Below are positions 45,629 to 64,000 of a DNA stretch of 64,000 bases, piece after piece. The stretch lies in assembly GCA_964016885.1 (NCBI GenBank), contig OZ024753.1, positions 32,426,001 through 32,490,000 on the forward strand. Reading direction: 5' to 3'. The stretch's first letter is position 1; each line of letters opens with the position of its first letter. The translations under genes were made by a program, and so were the position numbers. Below the pieces are notes generated by a model. It saw only the letters and a program-made list of their open reading frames with translations. It was not told the origin of the DNA and searched no databases. This stretch comes from Eledone cirrhosa (lineage: Eukaryota).

Positions 45629-46128
45629 TTTATAATAATAATAATAATACTTGTTTATACTTAAGGCACAAGGCCAGCAATTTGATGATGATCTTGACTG
45701 AAAAATATATGAAAATTATGGACCGTATTTTCCGTAAGAAATATGGCGACAAAGAGTGTAAAACAGTCTCTTCTATCCGCAAATTTACAACTTGCTCCAG
45801 GTACTTCACAGTGGCATTGAATCCAATACAACATAGTGTATAAACGAACAACTAAACTTGACAGACATCTATACGTGTACTGAAGGCAATGGAAATGCAG
45901 TCTAAAAAAACTTTTACGTTGTTCCCCTTTAAGTTTATTCCCCGGTTAGTGAATGAAAGGTTAAAGTACAAAAATCTTGAATATACATTGAATCGTACAC
46001 ATCCTGACATTTCTCGTATCAAAGGTTCTAAACAATAACTCTTAATTCAGACGTTAGCGTGTAAATACGAATGATTATGTAGCCATTATAACGTATTTGT
46101 TTCCAATTCCAAACGTATACTCCCCATC

Positions 46129-47898
<1,770 letters not shown>

Positions 47899-48028
47899 GT
47901 GAGGTTTTTTTTACAAAATGAAAAATAACCGAGGTGTCCTACACGAGTGGAAGTATAAAGAAAAAGGGATGAAATCGAAAATGCAACTGAAGTCTTATTT
48001 TTTTAAAAATATATATATTTATTTGGTT

Positions 48029-48066
48029 CCTTTACCGGTTTCGCAGTTCTTCTGCTTTTCAAAAGG
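48029..48066 (-). ncRNA. Degenerate hammerhead motif (core UUGAAAA); second copy 49387-49424
   Basis: Reverse complement: CCUU-UUGAAAA-GCAG aagaa CUGC-GAAA-CCGG-UA-AAGG; all stems intact, palindromic ACCGGU. Confidence 0.6.
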
Positions 48067-48161
48067 TGAGTTGAGATGGAGGGTCTGTGGTTTTTCTCAC
48101 ATCTGAGATGTGATTTTAAAAAAATAAGACTTCAGTTGCATTTTCGATTTCATCCAATTTT

Positions 48162-48281
<120 letters not shown>

Positions 48282-48541
48282 ATATATACATATATATATA
48301 TACATATACATATATATACATATATATATATATACATATATACATATACATATATACATATACATATATACATATACATATATACATATACATATATACA
48401 TATACATATATACATATACATATATACATATACATATATACATATATACATATACATATATACATATACATATATACATATACATATATACATATACATA
48501 TATACATATACATATATACATATATACATATACATATATAC

Positions 48542-48589
<48 letters not shown>

Positions 48590-48597
48590 ATATATAC

Positions 48598-48643
<46 letters not shown>

Positions 48644-48677
48644 ATATTCATATATATATATACATATATATATATCC

Positions 48678-48724
<47 letters not shown>

Positions 48725-48789
48725 CATATATATATACATATATATATACATATATATATATACATATATATATACATATATATATATAC

Positions 48790-48870
<81 letters not shown>

Positions 48871-48922
48871 CATATATATATATACATATATATATATATA
48901 TTTATATATTTATATATATATG

Positions 48923-49018
<96 letters not shown>

Positions 49019-49051
49019 TATATGTATATATATATTTATATATATATATAT

Positions 49052-49183
49052 ATTGTTATACTTGGGGAGGGTCATATTTGTGTAATATTGCCAGAATTAA
49101 TAACAGAACACACTCACAGTTTGGTTGGTTTTCGCTTTTCGCTTCTGTGTCTTTTATATCGGTAATCTAATTTATTCGGTCCT

Positions 49184-49187
<4 letters not shown>
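49052..49187 (-). mobile_element. Solo terminal fragment of PLE subfamily B (also 50154-50288)
   Basis: Matches 31711-31848. Confidence 0.85.
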
Positions 49188-49255
<68 letters not shown>

Positions 49256-49519
49256 GTGAGGTTTTTTTTACAAAATGAAAAATAACCGAGGTGTCCTACA
49301 CGAGTGGAAGTATAAAGAAAAAGGGATGAAATCGAAAATGCAACTGAAGTCTTATTTTTTTTTTAAATATATATATTTATTTGGTTCCTTTACCGGTTTC
49401 GCAGTTCTTCTGCTTTTCAAAAGGTGAGTTGAGATGGAGGGTCTGTGGTTTTTCTCACATCTGAGATGTGATTTAAAAAAAATAAGACTTCAATTGCATT
49501 TTCGATTTCATCCCTTTTT

Positions 49520-49594
<75 letters not shown>

Positions 49595-49727
49595 CATATA
49601 TATATATACATATATATATATACATATACATATATATACATATATATATATATACATATATACATATATATATATACATATACATATACATATATACATA
49701 TACATATATACATATATATATATATAC

Positions 49728-49779
<52 letters not shown>

Positions 49780-49815
49780 ATATTCATATATATATATATA
49801 CATATATATATATAC

Positions 49816-49862
<47 letters not shown>

Positions 49863-49901
49863 CATATATATATACATATATATATATACATATATATATA
49901 C

Positions 49902-49974
<73 letters not shown>

Positions 49975-50012
49975 CATATATATATATATATTTATATATT
50001 TATATATATATG

Positions 50013-50125
<113 letters not shown>

Positions 50126-50285
50126 GTATATATATATTTATATATATATATATATTGTTATACTTGGGGAGGGTCATATTTGTGTAATATTGCCAGAATT
50201 AATAACAGAACACACTCACTGTTTGGTTGGTTTTCGCTTTTCGCTTCTGTGTCATATATATCGGTAATCTAATTTATTCGGTCCT

Positions 50286-50358
<73 letters not shown>

Positions 50359-51811
50359 TATATACCCACGCATGCAAACACAGGCACACACAAAGTATCT
50401 ACCTGTCGCTCTCTCTCCACTTTCTCTGTTTTTGTCTCTATCTATCATATATATATATATTTATATATATATACATATAGACACACACACACACACAAAC
50501 ATAAATATGTGTATATACATAAATATACACACACACACACACATATATATATATACACTCATATAGATACATAGATACATATATAAAAAAAATACACATA
50601 TATGAAGAGAGATATAGAAACAGTTATATATATGTACACATACACACACGGACACTCCTCAAAGTGAAGTGTAGAACGTTTAAGATAAAAGGTTTTAATT
50701 ACCATTCTTTGACATATCCATCAAAGCAATTGAATCGCCTGTTGTTTCTCCTAGTTATTGCTTATATTGTAATATCCTTAATTAGCTTACAGATGAGGTT
50801 TTATTTGGAAAAGATAGACTTGCAGAACAACAGCAACAACGAATATTTCAACCAAAAACGAAGCATCTACACCCCGGTTGACAATAATGATCAATATTGA
50901 CACGCGGGATGGATATGATGTTCGAGAAGAAAGTGCCTAAGATGATCGATTGAAGTTTCGGGTTAAGACATAACATTTGTATAAAAAATCATCAGAATAA
51001 GTAATAGAATGAAATACAGCCTTTAAATATTATTTAAAACTTTACATGTCATTAGTCTTTATTGACTATAATATATTGTGTTAAATGAATTATTTATTTA
51101 TTTTTTGTTTCTGTACACGCCTGGGGTTAGTGAGTTCAAAAAGCCCATGAAGGAGTCGATGATCTAAAAGGTCTGTTGGTCCCTGATCTATGTTGTAGTT
51201 TAATTTGCTTGAAAAAACATCCACGAACTTCTACTAGTATAAAAGCATTTCCTCACTAGTTTGAGTGTATAATTCCCTACTGCGTCTATAATAGTAAAAG
51301 CCTCTATTAACTAGCTAGCTAGATAAACGAGGATCATTCAAGACCCTTCCTTTAACATATTGTGTAATATTACAAATCTAGGCCTGTATATCCCGCTCAC
51401 TGTTTCGTTTCAAACTGTAATCCACCGGAGTTTCCACTCCACCAACCTTTTCCCTGCTCCTGATATTCAAACTGAATATTAAAAACGCGAATGTCATCAG
51501 TTTTGAACTGCCTACAAATGTTATGAACTATTTCGCTGTTGTACATAGTATATATTTAAAATAAAATACAGTAAGAAAAGAAACCATCTTTTATTTATAC
51601 ATTAAAATAATTGAAATCTGAAATTACTAGCACCATTTAACTTGAAATATTTTAAAACTTCATTAGCCATTCCTATTAATTAATTTTAATTATAAAATGG
51701 AGGAAAACATTTAGATTTTTCCAGATCAATTAACGCATTAATCAGCTAATATTTCTGAACTGTAAAATAAGTGCTATGTAGAGTATATATAGACACATTG
51801 TAATGGATAAT

Positions 51812-52003
51812 AATTGTTTCTACTTTTGGCACAAGGCCAGCAATTATCCCAGTGCATTACTGGTACTTTATTTTATCGACCCCGTAAGGATGAAAGGCAA
51901 AGTTAATCTCGGCGGGATTTAAACTCAGATCATAAAGGGAGGTAACTCTATGCTTCAAAGCATGGCGCCCGACCCTCTACCGATACTGCCAATCCACCGC
52001 CCT
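51812..52003 (-). mobile_element. SINE copy
   Basis: Same family as 45443. Confidence 0.85.
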
Positions 52004-52430
52004 TTGTAATGAATAATAATGAAACCAAAGCCATTGAATGATGAAGGAAGTTCCTGAAAAGAAATAAACAAGAAACCATGGCAGGTGATTTACTAAAAAA
52101 CAATAAAAAAAGCATTCTATAATATTCTGTGGCGCTTCAAGACAGTGATTAGAATTTCATGACCAACTAAGGCAGCTAAATCTCCAGATATATAATCAAG
52201 ATTTTCGAAAATAAATAAATTAGGGATGATGACATACTTATTTGAAATAGTAACGTTTCTAACACAGCTTTAATAACTCTTAAATGGGTCAATGACCGAT
52301 TATCACTAGCAACATAAAGTATTAATTCTATTACCCAACTCCTAATTTATTAGAAATTAATGCGAAATAATATTTATATATTAGACTTTTCGTTACTAAA
52401 GTGATAATCTGAGACAAATAATGTTGAAGA

Positions 52431-52616
52431 TAATTGTTTCTACTTTAGGCACAAGGCCAGTAATTACCCAGTACATTACTGGTACTTTATTTTATCGACC
52501 CCGAAAGGATGAAAGGCAAAGTCAACCTCGGCGGGATTTGAACTCAGACCATAAAGGGACGTAACTATGCTGGAAAGCATGGCGTCCGACCCTCTATCGA
52601 TACTGCCAATCCACCG
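52431..52616 (-). mobile_element. SINE copy
   Basis: Same family as 45443. Confidence 0.85.
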
Positions 52617-53546
52617 TTGAAAATAATGAAGACTTTAAAGTTAATTAGGAGTATTGTCTCATCTTAATTTGCCGTTTGGAATATAATTTAAAGGTTCTTC
52701 CATGAAATTACGAAGCAAGTATTTTTTTAGATATATAGAAGCAGTTTAAAACGTTTATATATTGTTGTTCCAGGGCCGGAATCGGTTGGATTCGTATCAA
52801 AGCGTTAATGATGGTACTTTTAAAGTTATAATACCGTTCTGTCGAGGGTTTTCAAGAGTTAGAAATAATTTTCCCTACGTTTGAAATAACACGTTTCGCT
52901 GTGATTTATCATGAACAATTTCAATGTTTAGAGGTGAGATGAAATGAAATTTAGTGCAGGATGAAATGGAAGTTATTCTGAGAGAGAGAGAGAGAGAGTA
53001 TTGCTGTTTAACTACGATTTGGCACGTAATACTTAGAAATAGTTCAACTGTGAAACAGATCTAACACAATTACATATATATGTATATTTAGCTTTTCCTC
53101 ACAATTCACACCATACTGGAAAAATAGCACGAAATATTTTTACATAATTTTTTACACAAATCCAAAGTACATTATATAATATACCAACCCATTTAATCAC
53201 ACACGCATACACATATACATATATAGACACACACACACATATACATATATATACACACACACTGACACACATATATATACACACACACACACTCACACAC
53301 ATATATATATATATACACACACACACACACGCACACACACATATATACACACATATATACACACACATATATACACACACATATATATACAGACACATAT
53401 ATACACACACACACATACACACACACACACACACATATATACACACACACACATATATATATATATATACACACACACACATATATATATATACACACAC
53501 ACACACATATATATATATACACACACACACACACATATATATATAT

Positions 53547-53596
<50 letters not shown>

Positions 53597-55868
53597 AAGA
53601 AAAAATATGTTCCTCGAGTTAACACACCAGGCATAATTCCGAATGTGTATGCAGATCATGCATGCCTTTATATCAATTTACATACATTCAATAGAACGTC
53701 CGCAACAAAGCATATTAAATTACTGTCTATTAAGGAAACATGCTTCCACTTAGAGAATCCCCTAAGCCATATCCATATATTGTCCAACTAAGAATTAATG
53801 CCTCAGTAGGCACATCATACATTGTTTTCGTTTTATTTTCACATCGATACATTACTGAGTGAAATGTTCTAATTAGATATTAATCAGAATTTATTTCTAA
53901 AATTGCTTTCGTCTCTTTAATTATCTTTTCGGTGCCTGGTCATATCGTTAGTATTTTTTAAACTACAATGATTGCATGGAAATATGTGTGTGTTTTACCT
54001 CATGACATGACATGGAAGATACATCAATATGAATTAGTGAATTACTGCACTTGAAAGCAATTAATGGAAATAAAAAAAAAGCCATTTTACAATTTTTATG
54101 ACAATATAAATTGTGGTGATTAGTTGAAATTGGTAAAGGTGTTGATTTTGTGTTGGAATATCTGTTTAATAATCGCCGGTGGTTCATATTATATCATTGG
54201 AGTAACACTGAATTACGCCTGCAAACGTGAAGAGAGTGTAAATTAACGTCTTTAATGTTTACATATCTAAACTAAAAAAAAAAGCAACAAGAAAATATAG
54301 CGCATAGTTTGAAGACACTTGTAAATTTCGATGCTGGAATGGGTCGGGTTAAAGAGCATGTCAACTCTTAGGTATTCCCCGCTGGTCGGATACGAGGTAA
54401 TGATCTTAATACTTATGGAGGAATATTTAGGCACGGCTATTTCTGACGTCCGCCAAGTTTATTGGAACCCTGAGCTCAAATCAAACAGAGATTAGCCTTT
54501 CATCTTTCTGGAACCAAAAAATTGAAGCACTAGTACTAGGATTAATATCATACATTACTCACCACGTTGCCTCCGAAAAAATGGTTGACCCTCTGGCTAA
54601 ATTAAAAACCATTCTTATTACTTTAATAACCGCTTGAATTTATGAAGATGCTTGGTAATGTAAATAAAATATATTTATTATCTTTTACAATTTTTGTTCA
54701 GAAAAAGAAATCAATATATTGAATCAAAACATTTCACAAAATCAATAATTACTCTTTAACAAAATAAACTTATGGCTTGTCAAACAAAACATCTCTGTGC
54801 ACACATAACAAATATAATGTATGAATATATAAAACTATGATTATGCATTGTAAAATGTACTAGACGACTAGATCTATTATTTTTTTTTTTCATTTGCTGA
54901 GATAGTATTGCGTTGAAGTCAGTTAAAATCCTAGTAAAACTATGGCAGCGTGGTGAATTAAATTTCTTGTTTCTTTGAGCCGGCAACAAATGTAGGTAAA
55001 TATATACAGATTTGTGTAAAGTAGGTAGTGCCTTCAAACATTACTATAGTGTATGACAACCATGATTTACACGAGCACCAGGATTAGCTGTCTCCAATTG
55101 GCTGCACATTGAATGAGTGCATATCTAGGGTTTTATAAAACCCTTCTCGACTTCAAAACTCTGTATTGTGATCCGGCACTTGTTGAGAAGTGAGAGATGA
55201 ACGGTGAGACCAGCACCATTCCCTTCACTAATAGAATTGCTACAGAAACAAACAATATATCAAGCATTCACATTTTGGAACATAGTGAAAACAATTAACA
55301 AAACAGGAATTGATAGAGTCCACCCACCCCGATCCTTATAGAAATTTTACAAATAAAACCGATAACTAACGAACCAAAACAACAAAGAAAACCAGGGGAA
55401 CAAATGACAATTAACAAAATGAACATGGAAATATAACTTTTAAAATTAAGAAATACTACAAATAAATGAAAATACAAATATATTGACCAACCAATGGTTA
55501 GAGATATGCTAAAAAACGCAGAGGAACCAACCTTACAACTCATATTTAAACTTTGGAAACTTTGGAACGCAGAACCTATATCACTGCAGCGTTGTGAAAA
55601 GGGTGAAAATTGGTTCCTTAAATATGAATAGGAATTTAAGGAAATACACCATTCGGATAATCCCTTCGTAAAGAAATAGTAAAACGCCAAAATCTAAGAA
55701 ATTCAAACCACATACATAATTCCCTCAATTCAAATTAAATACAACCACCTACAACAGAAAATATTACATTCACTGAATTTAACAATTCTAAACATATTTA
55801 TTCTGTTGTATTAAAGAAACACATGAGAATATTTAAATATACTCCTGTGTTTTTCCACTTACATTTTA

Positions 55869-55934
<66 letters not shown>

Positions 55935-56011
55935 TAAACGGAATAGAAAATGCTGACAAATTGTTCACAGTTGAAAAATGGTTTAATTATATAATAACTT
56001 GTGTGTTACAC

Positions 56012-56049
<38 letters not shown>

Positions 56050-56056
<7 letters not shown>

Positions 56057-56597
56057 ATAAAATAACAGGAGGCTGGACTGGTGTAAATCCTTGAAAGGTT
56101 TATTATAATATGATCATTTCAATGACCGGGTTCCATATGAATCCGGTGATATCATCAGGTATTGGAATATAACAAAGGAATATGTAAAAAACCATGGGTC
56201 CGAAAAATCAAAGACTTGAGACAAAGAGGACGACTGACCAACTACCTGCCTTTAGCTCGGCCAGTCGCCCTCAATGTGGTGGCAACTGAATCTACTAATG
56301 AACATCTGGTGAGGGGGCGAAGGCTTATAATGCACTACCACCTCTCCGTCAAAGAAAAATAAAAAGGGGAAGAAAGAAAGGGTGAAAGAAGTCAGCGTAA
56401 GGGTCACACTACATTCATGCTATAAAATGCCGCGAAAAAATGCTACTTCAAAGAATCTATAATGGGTGTCTGTATGGTCTAATGTGTGAACCGAAGATAT
56501 CACCGGATTCATATGGAACCGGTCATTGAAATGATCATAGTATAATAAACCTTTCAAGGATTTACACCAGTCTAACCTGTTATTTTATTTTATTTAT
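56050..56597. mobile_element. Non-coding element with ~105-bp inverted ends (56050-56158 vs 56491-56597) containing hammerhead motifs
   Basis: Arms are reverse complements. Confidence 0.8.
56104..56163 (-). ncRNA. Hammerhead motif with extended stem II; partner copy 56491-56543 (+)
   Basis: Reverse complement: AUAC-CUGAUGA-uaucaccggauucauauggaacccggucauu-GAAA-UGAUCA-UA-UUAU (GUAU in the partner copy), then AAUAAA. Confidence 0.65.
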
Positions 56598-56939
56598 AAT
56601 TAACTCCGTATTCGCACCACCAACTACACAAACGAAGATGGGTGAACTGCACTGCGTTGAATACTCTTCACAATATTATACCCTGATTGACAATACGGAA
56701 TGACCAGTTCTATCCAGTGGTGAACCAACAAACCTAAAGATTTATAAATATATATAGGAACGAGTAGGAGCCCGACGGCTAATTCTGGACTAAAAAAAAA
56801 AAAAAAAGAATTAGCCGTCAAAACGGCTTGAGCTCAGCCGTCGGGGTCCTACTCGTTCCTATTACCCACTCTACTACCCTATGTATTGAGTACTTTGGTG
56901 CGCTATGGTCCATCTGGTTCCTTACCACATTTCCTTCGT

Positions 56940-56982
<43 letters not shown>

Positions 56983-57712
56983 ATATATATATAGTCTATT
57001 CAATAGACAATGTACGAGTAATTATGTATATCATATTTTATTTTAACTTTAAACACAAACATTTTCTGAAGTAGTTAATGATATTTATAAATTATTCAAT
57101 GATATCAAGAGAAATATATACATGCATATATATAAATTATCTCAAGGAAACAAACTACAAAACGTAAAACTAAAATATTATATAAAAACATCATATGGTA
57201 AGATAAACTTACATGAAAGAAACTATATTTGTCAACACATTGTAAAAATATAATTTCCGTCTTAGTGCAAGCATATATCATATTCTGGAATAATTTTAAG
57301 CGGATAAACCACTAGATAATATATTTAAGCTGTGCTTGTACATGGCTTTAGGCAGAAGCACCATTTAGAAATACCTCAGAGGAATGGTGAAACTAAGATA
57401 TGAAATATAGCCGTTAATATGAAAGAAACTCCCACGTAATCTATTAAATATGAAGAAAAATTTCAATTAAGTTATGAAGTAAACGAACGAAGGAATCCAT
57501 CCTACATGGTCGAACAATATGCTAGAAATAACAGCAAAATCTCTATTAGATCAATTGCAACATCTTAAACAAGGAAGGACGGGTTTCTAAATTTAGTCGA
57601 AGATATTCCTAAAGAACAGGATAATCATGACATAATTAAAGATACGTTGAATCCAAATAGATGGGGGGTTACACACGTGTATATGTGTATATATTAAATC
57701 GTCTTTAATATA

Positions 57713-58315
57713 TATTTCTTTATTAGCCACAGGGGCACAAAAGAAGGGGACAAATACAAAGGGGGAAGTTTACATACAATAAAAACGTGTAAAATGTTAT
57801 CACAGATGGAATTTAAAAGTTAGTCGATTTTCCCCAATAGAGGGAGACAGTTTATATGGGTAACACATACCCCCGAAAAAAATGTGCAACCCTCATCTTC
57901 AGGAGTACGAAGAGCTTGTACTCCTTTCCTCTCCTCCTCCTTTTCCTCAATCTACAGGCTGATATAGAGAGAAGGCCCATTCACTCGGGCCATTCTCGCC
58001 ACTTTCACCCACCTTTCATAAAACTTGCTGGGGTACAGCACCTCTCTCTCCATCCTGATTCTTCTTCCAAAGTGGTATTTGAAAAAAAGAATCAGTTGTT
58101 GGCCGGAGAGAAAGGTGTCTGACCTCAGCCCTTTCAACCTTGTCCACCATACAACCTCTTTCGCCATAGCTATCACACAAAGGAAAACCGCCTCTCCTTC
58201 GTTTTTGAAGGAGGGTGGCGGTTTGATCATGACAATGGACTCGGTGGTCAACTGGATTGGTCCCACCCGCGACAATAGTCGTTCTACATATCCCCACAGG
58301 TCATCTTTAATATAG
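57713..58315 (-). mobile_element. 3' fragment of a Tx1/L1-like LINE
   Basis: ORF 57952-58329: LWGYVE..LCVIAMAKEVVWWTRLKG..FFKYH..RIRMERE..KFYERW; AATAAA at the 3' end. Confidence 0.65.
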
Positions 58316-58329
58316 ACACGTAAACACAC

Positions 58330-58630
58330 GGGCTTAGCATAGATTTATGGCTAAGGCGTTCGTTTCACAGCACGTGTTTCTCGTGTTCAGTGCTACCATG
58401 TGAAATATTAAGTGTATTCGAGTGAATCAATGACGTCTAAGTGAAATCGAGTAGAGAGAAACTGTTTCATATATACACACACACACACATTTCTTTGTGA
58501 GTGCAGAAGTGTGCTTGTTGGTTCAGAATTGTGTCTGCTTATATCTTGTAAACAAACGGTTTACTACATCTTTACGATGCGGTGCCACAGCATGGCCAAA
58601 GTCGAATGATTGAAAACAGTAAAATAAAAA
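58330..58630 (+). mobile_element. Degenerate SINE with a CR1-type 3' tail
   Basis: Tail gcggtgccacagcatggcc...gtaaaa matches LINE end 24795-24850. Confidence 0.65.
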
Positions 58631-58815
58631 AACCTAAAAAACCATAAAAACACTACCATATTTGTGACGATGGAAATATTTTCTCTGTAATAATATATCT
58701 TTAATAATATATATAAGACAAGCTATTTCAAAAGCTATTTCATATTCGTTCATGCACATGTTTAGACTTTAGCTTGGCTGAATTTATATTATGTACGGAT
58801 ATTAGATAATGTCTA

Positions 58816-58870
<55 letters not shown>

Positions 58871-58922
58871 GTATGTGTGTGCGTCTGTGTGTGTGAATAT
58901 ACATATATATATACGTACATTC

Positions 58923-58969
<47 letters not shown>

Positions 58970-59368
58970 GTACATTCATTCATACATACATACATTTGGG
59001 TGGATTTGTATGAATGCATATATATATATATATATATGGACACAAAAACGCACACAAACGCATATATATATATATGCATATATAAAGACATACACACATA
59101 TATGCTTACATAGCCATATACACGCACACACACACACATATTCAAACACACATATATATATATATATATATATAGTTAGAGAAGCAAAAAATTGCTTATT
59201 GTGATCCAGTTCTTGGTTAAGAAAGCCAGTTTCATGGATGGTTTCAACGTACGGTTGGGGGTAACTCCACAAGTTTGTAAGAATTCCGTTCAATCTTGGA
59301 GTATAAAGTATAAAAGTGAAAACACAGGTAAGCATAAAGAGAAGGATTTTATCCAGGTATATACGACC

Positions 59369-59408
<40 letters not shown>

Positions 59409-59510
59409 GGTCGTAAATACCTGGATAAAATCCTTCTCTTAATGCTTACCTGTGTTTTCTCTTTTATACTTTATGCTCCAAGATTGAACGGAATTCTTAG
59501 AAACTCACTC

Positions 59511-59869
59511 AGATGGTGGATGGGTGCTACACGAGAATGCTGAGGATGGCTCTGAACATTAATCAGTATACACTGAGGATGAACAACTCAGAGCTGTATG
59601 GGAGCATCCCAAAAGTCAGCTCAAAATTGACACAGAGGAGACTGAGGTTAGCTGGACATGCTCACCGACATCCAGAGTTGACATTGCTCTCAGTGCTCCT
59701 GTGGGAGCCCCTACATGGACACACTAGAAGAGGAAGACCAAGGTTAACGCATGTTGATGCCCTAAGGACAGACACTGGTCTGTTGGAGACGCAGGACATG
59801 GCAGCGATAATGAGGGACAGAGACCGCTGGAGAGAACTCGTCCATGGATCTCGGGAATTTTACCCGCCT

Positions 59870-59871
<2 letters not shown>
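59511..59871 (+). mobile_element. RTE-clade LINE 3' fragment
   Basis: DGCYTRMLRMALN..NSELYG..RRLRLAGHAHRH..LLWEP.HG..RGRP..DRDRWR; ends in (TA)n. Confidence 0.85.
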
Positions 59872-59967
<96 letters not shown>

Positions 59968-60172
59968 ATATATATATCGTGGAAGCCACCGTGTGTCCGA
60001 GTACGGCAACTACTCCGAAGAGAAAAAACACAGAAATTGACAAAACATCTTATTAATGTTGCTGTCATTAACGTCGCCTTAGCTGGTAATTTTCTCCGTG
60101 ATTATATTTGACTGGCGTGGCATGTTTTGTGGTGCCGTGTTAGCACACCTGCAGAGTTATATTTTGGTTCAG

Positions 60173-60224
<52 letters not shown>

Positions 60225-60286
60225 TATAATAATAAAAGTAATAATGAAAAGGACGATGCGTTATGTCTTCATTCCGTTTATTGAGT

Positions 60287-60371
60287 AGTGACGCGTGTTT
60301 CGTTATTGGTCGGCTCAAGGTTCGATCTGTATCAATCTAGCCCGACTCTGGAATAAAAAGTTCGTCGGACT
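60287..60371 (-). ncRNA. Hammerhead motif with long stem II, core CCGACGA
   Basis: Reverse complement: AGU-CCGACGA-[uuauu..gucgg...ccgac.aauaa]c-GAAA-CACGCG-UC-ACU, then AAUAAA. Confidence 0.55.
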
Positions 60372-60460
60372 TCTGTTATGGTAATGGCAGAATGAACATC
60401 TTAGGGCTTTGAAATAGTATATACCGATTTATATTCATTTATGGTGGTCAATTTAATCCC

Positions 60461-60525
<65 letters not shown>

Positions 60526-61126
60526 TGACAGAGTCTGCAGAGCATGTGTAGATTGTAAAATCCTAACCAGCCTGAACATGTTACCTGAGTAATTGCATTT
60601 TTTGCATTGTGAAGGTTGAGCATTGCGATATTATGGCGGGCGTTTTACTCTAGAATGGGGAATATATATTATACTTTGTTCGGTCAAGTGGGATGGATGT
60701 GATTCGGGGAAAATTGGTTTAAAGCATGTGCCAACAAATTTTGAGAATTGTGTCTTCACCTTTACCTAACATCTAAATTATAAATTGTATTGCTTGTATA
60801 AGCAGAAGTCCAGGCATCTGAAGAATTATGGGAGACATGTGTAATCGAAGTGTCAACCACAGTACGTTATTTGTACATATTTTATCGATCTTACAATGTG
60901 CGGAAATATACGAAAACATATTGGCGCATTTAATGAATATACATAACATTTCCGGTAGCTTGTCTCACCTCATTCCATCAGTAAATATGCAACGCATTAT
61001 GACAAATAACTTCAACGGCGTGAACAAATTTGAAGTTGTCAATGGCTTCCACATAACTATTTTGAATTAACTAAAGAAGTACTACGGAGTAAGTTGTGTT
61101 CATGTTGCTTACTAGCCAATGCCACT

Positions 61127-62634
<1,508 letters not shown>

Positions 62635-63135
62635 TCGCTCAGGGATAGCGATCAAAAGTTTACCCTAAAATGGGAGAAATTAGCTAAAACCCAAAGCTTT
62701 TCCAGGAGCCAAAATTTCTGCAAATTGTGTAATCTTGAGATTTATTACATAATCACACACAAGAAGAAATTGTTTAATAACAGAATTGAACGAACATTAT
62801 TCTGCCGTCACCGAACTAAAACCCTTTTTTCCCAGTACAAGCTGAATATTACATAAAAGAGGGACATCCCCCCAACTATATAAACCTCAATCTAGTTAGA
62901 AAAATATAAAAACAATCTCTTCTCAACATATATATATATATTAATAACCTTAAATTACCACACTAATAATGGATAGATATGCTGATGAGAATAGGTGCGA
63001 ATATGCTATAATGAATGTGTCTAAAAGCGACCATATGTATGTATATATATGTGAAAATCTATATAAATAAGTAAATATATATATATACATGTTTGATGTG
63101 TATAGTTAGATGTATGTGTATTCATGTATTAAAGT

Positions 63136-63198
<63 letters not shown>

Positions 63199-64000
63199 GA
63201 CAGGAGTATGTATGTATATATGTGTGTGTCTATACGTGTGTATATAAAGATAAGTTGAGTATGAAAATGTATACACATGAATGCGTATGTATGTACATAT
63301 ATATATTCCCTCTTCGGTTAGCTTCCCCCTGTGTTGTTTACTTGTCTCACTCGCTTTACGCGTTTCTACTGTCCTAATAATTTATTTTCGTTATTATCGC
63401 TCCAACGTGAGGTATATGATTTTTAATGCGATGAAATACCCATGATCGTTTGGTAAATCACTGATGAGGGACTCATTTTATAACATGTTATCCATGTGCA
63501 ACCAGCAGTATTCTTCTCACCCATATTTTTCATATGTATATATATATATGTGCATGTATATATGTATGTAAGTATGAGCATGTAAGTATGTGTATGTGAG
63601 TATATGTATTTTGTAGAGATGTGCATATATGTTTGTGTGTGAATGCGTGGGCGAAAGGATACGTACACTTGAAAGAAAAATTTAAGTCTGAATGTTAATT
63701 AACTGCAAACACAAAACCGACCATGCATATCTATACTATCTCTAATCCTTCTATAGATTTAGAAAATAACCAACGCCAAACAATATATTCTATAAAAATG
63801 TCAAAACAACAGATGGGAATCTATTTACTCACTGCCACCAAAAAGTCTCACTGCTATCAATAAACCACTCCCTTAACTATTCTTCTAACAACTCCCTCCT
63901 AATATTCTCTATAAAAACCAAACAGGTTCTCAATAAAATTATTCTGATGAAATGACAGTTGATAATAACATTGAAATATTGAATGTAACTGTTATTGAAA

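Noticed and set aside
55090-55800. Degenerate LINE-like A-rich segments (also 19050-20150, 62640-62930, 63690-64000)
   Set aside because: Suggestive composition but no motif I can support without a homology search

Overview
AT-rich eukaryotic (animal) genomic DNA. The (TA)n microsatellite load and SINE families look like an octopod cephalopod, but that is inference only. A large share of the window is (TA)n-type arrays, and almost all long ORFs in the track are microsatellite artefacts. The real coding content is retroelement-derived: two clades of Penelope-like elements (PLEs, RT plus C-terminal GIY-YIG endonuclease), a CR1-type LINE, two RTE LINE pieces, a Tx1-like fragment and many tRNA-derived SINEs, most embedded directly in (TA)n tracts. 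The most striking structure is a microsatellite-associated PLE system. (i) About a dozen minimal type I hammerhead ribozyme motifs from several families sit in the non-coding ends. (ii) Copies repeatedly occur as inverted, tail-out (fold-back) pairs. (iii) The element '3-prime end' carries a conserved, codon-constrained ORF start (MTLPKYNNI...), indicating a permuted/partial-tandem organisation. A few possible host exons on the minus strand (37.8-45.3 kb) are low confidence.
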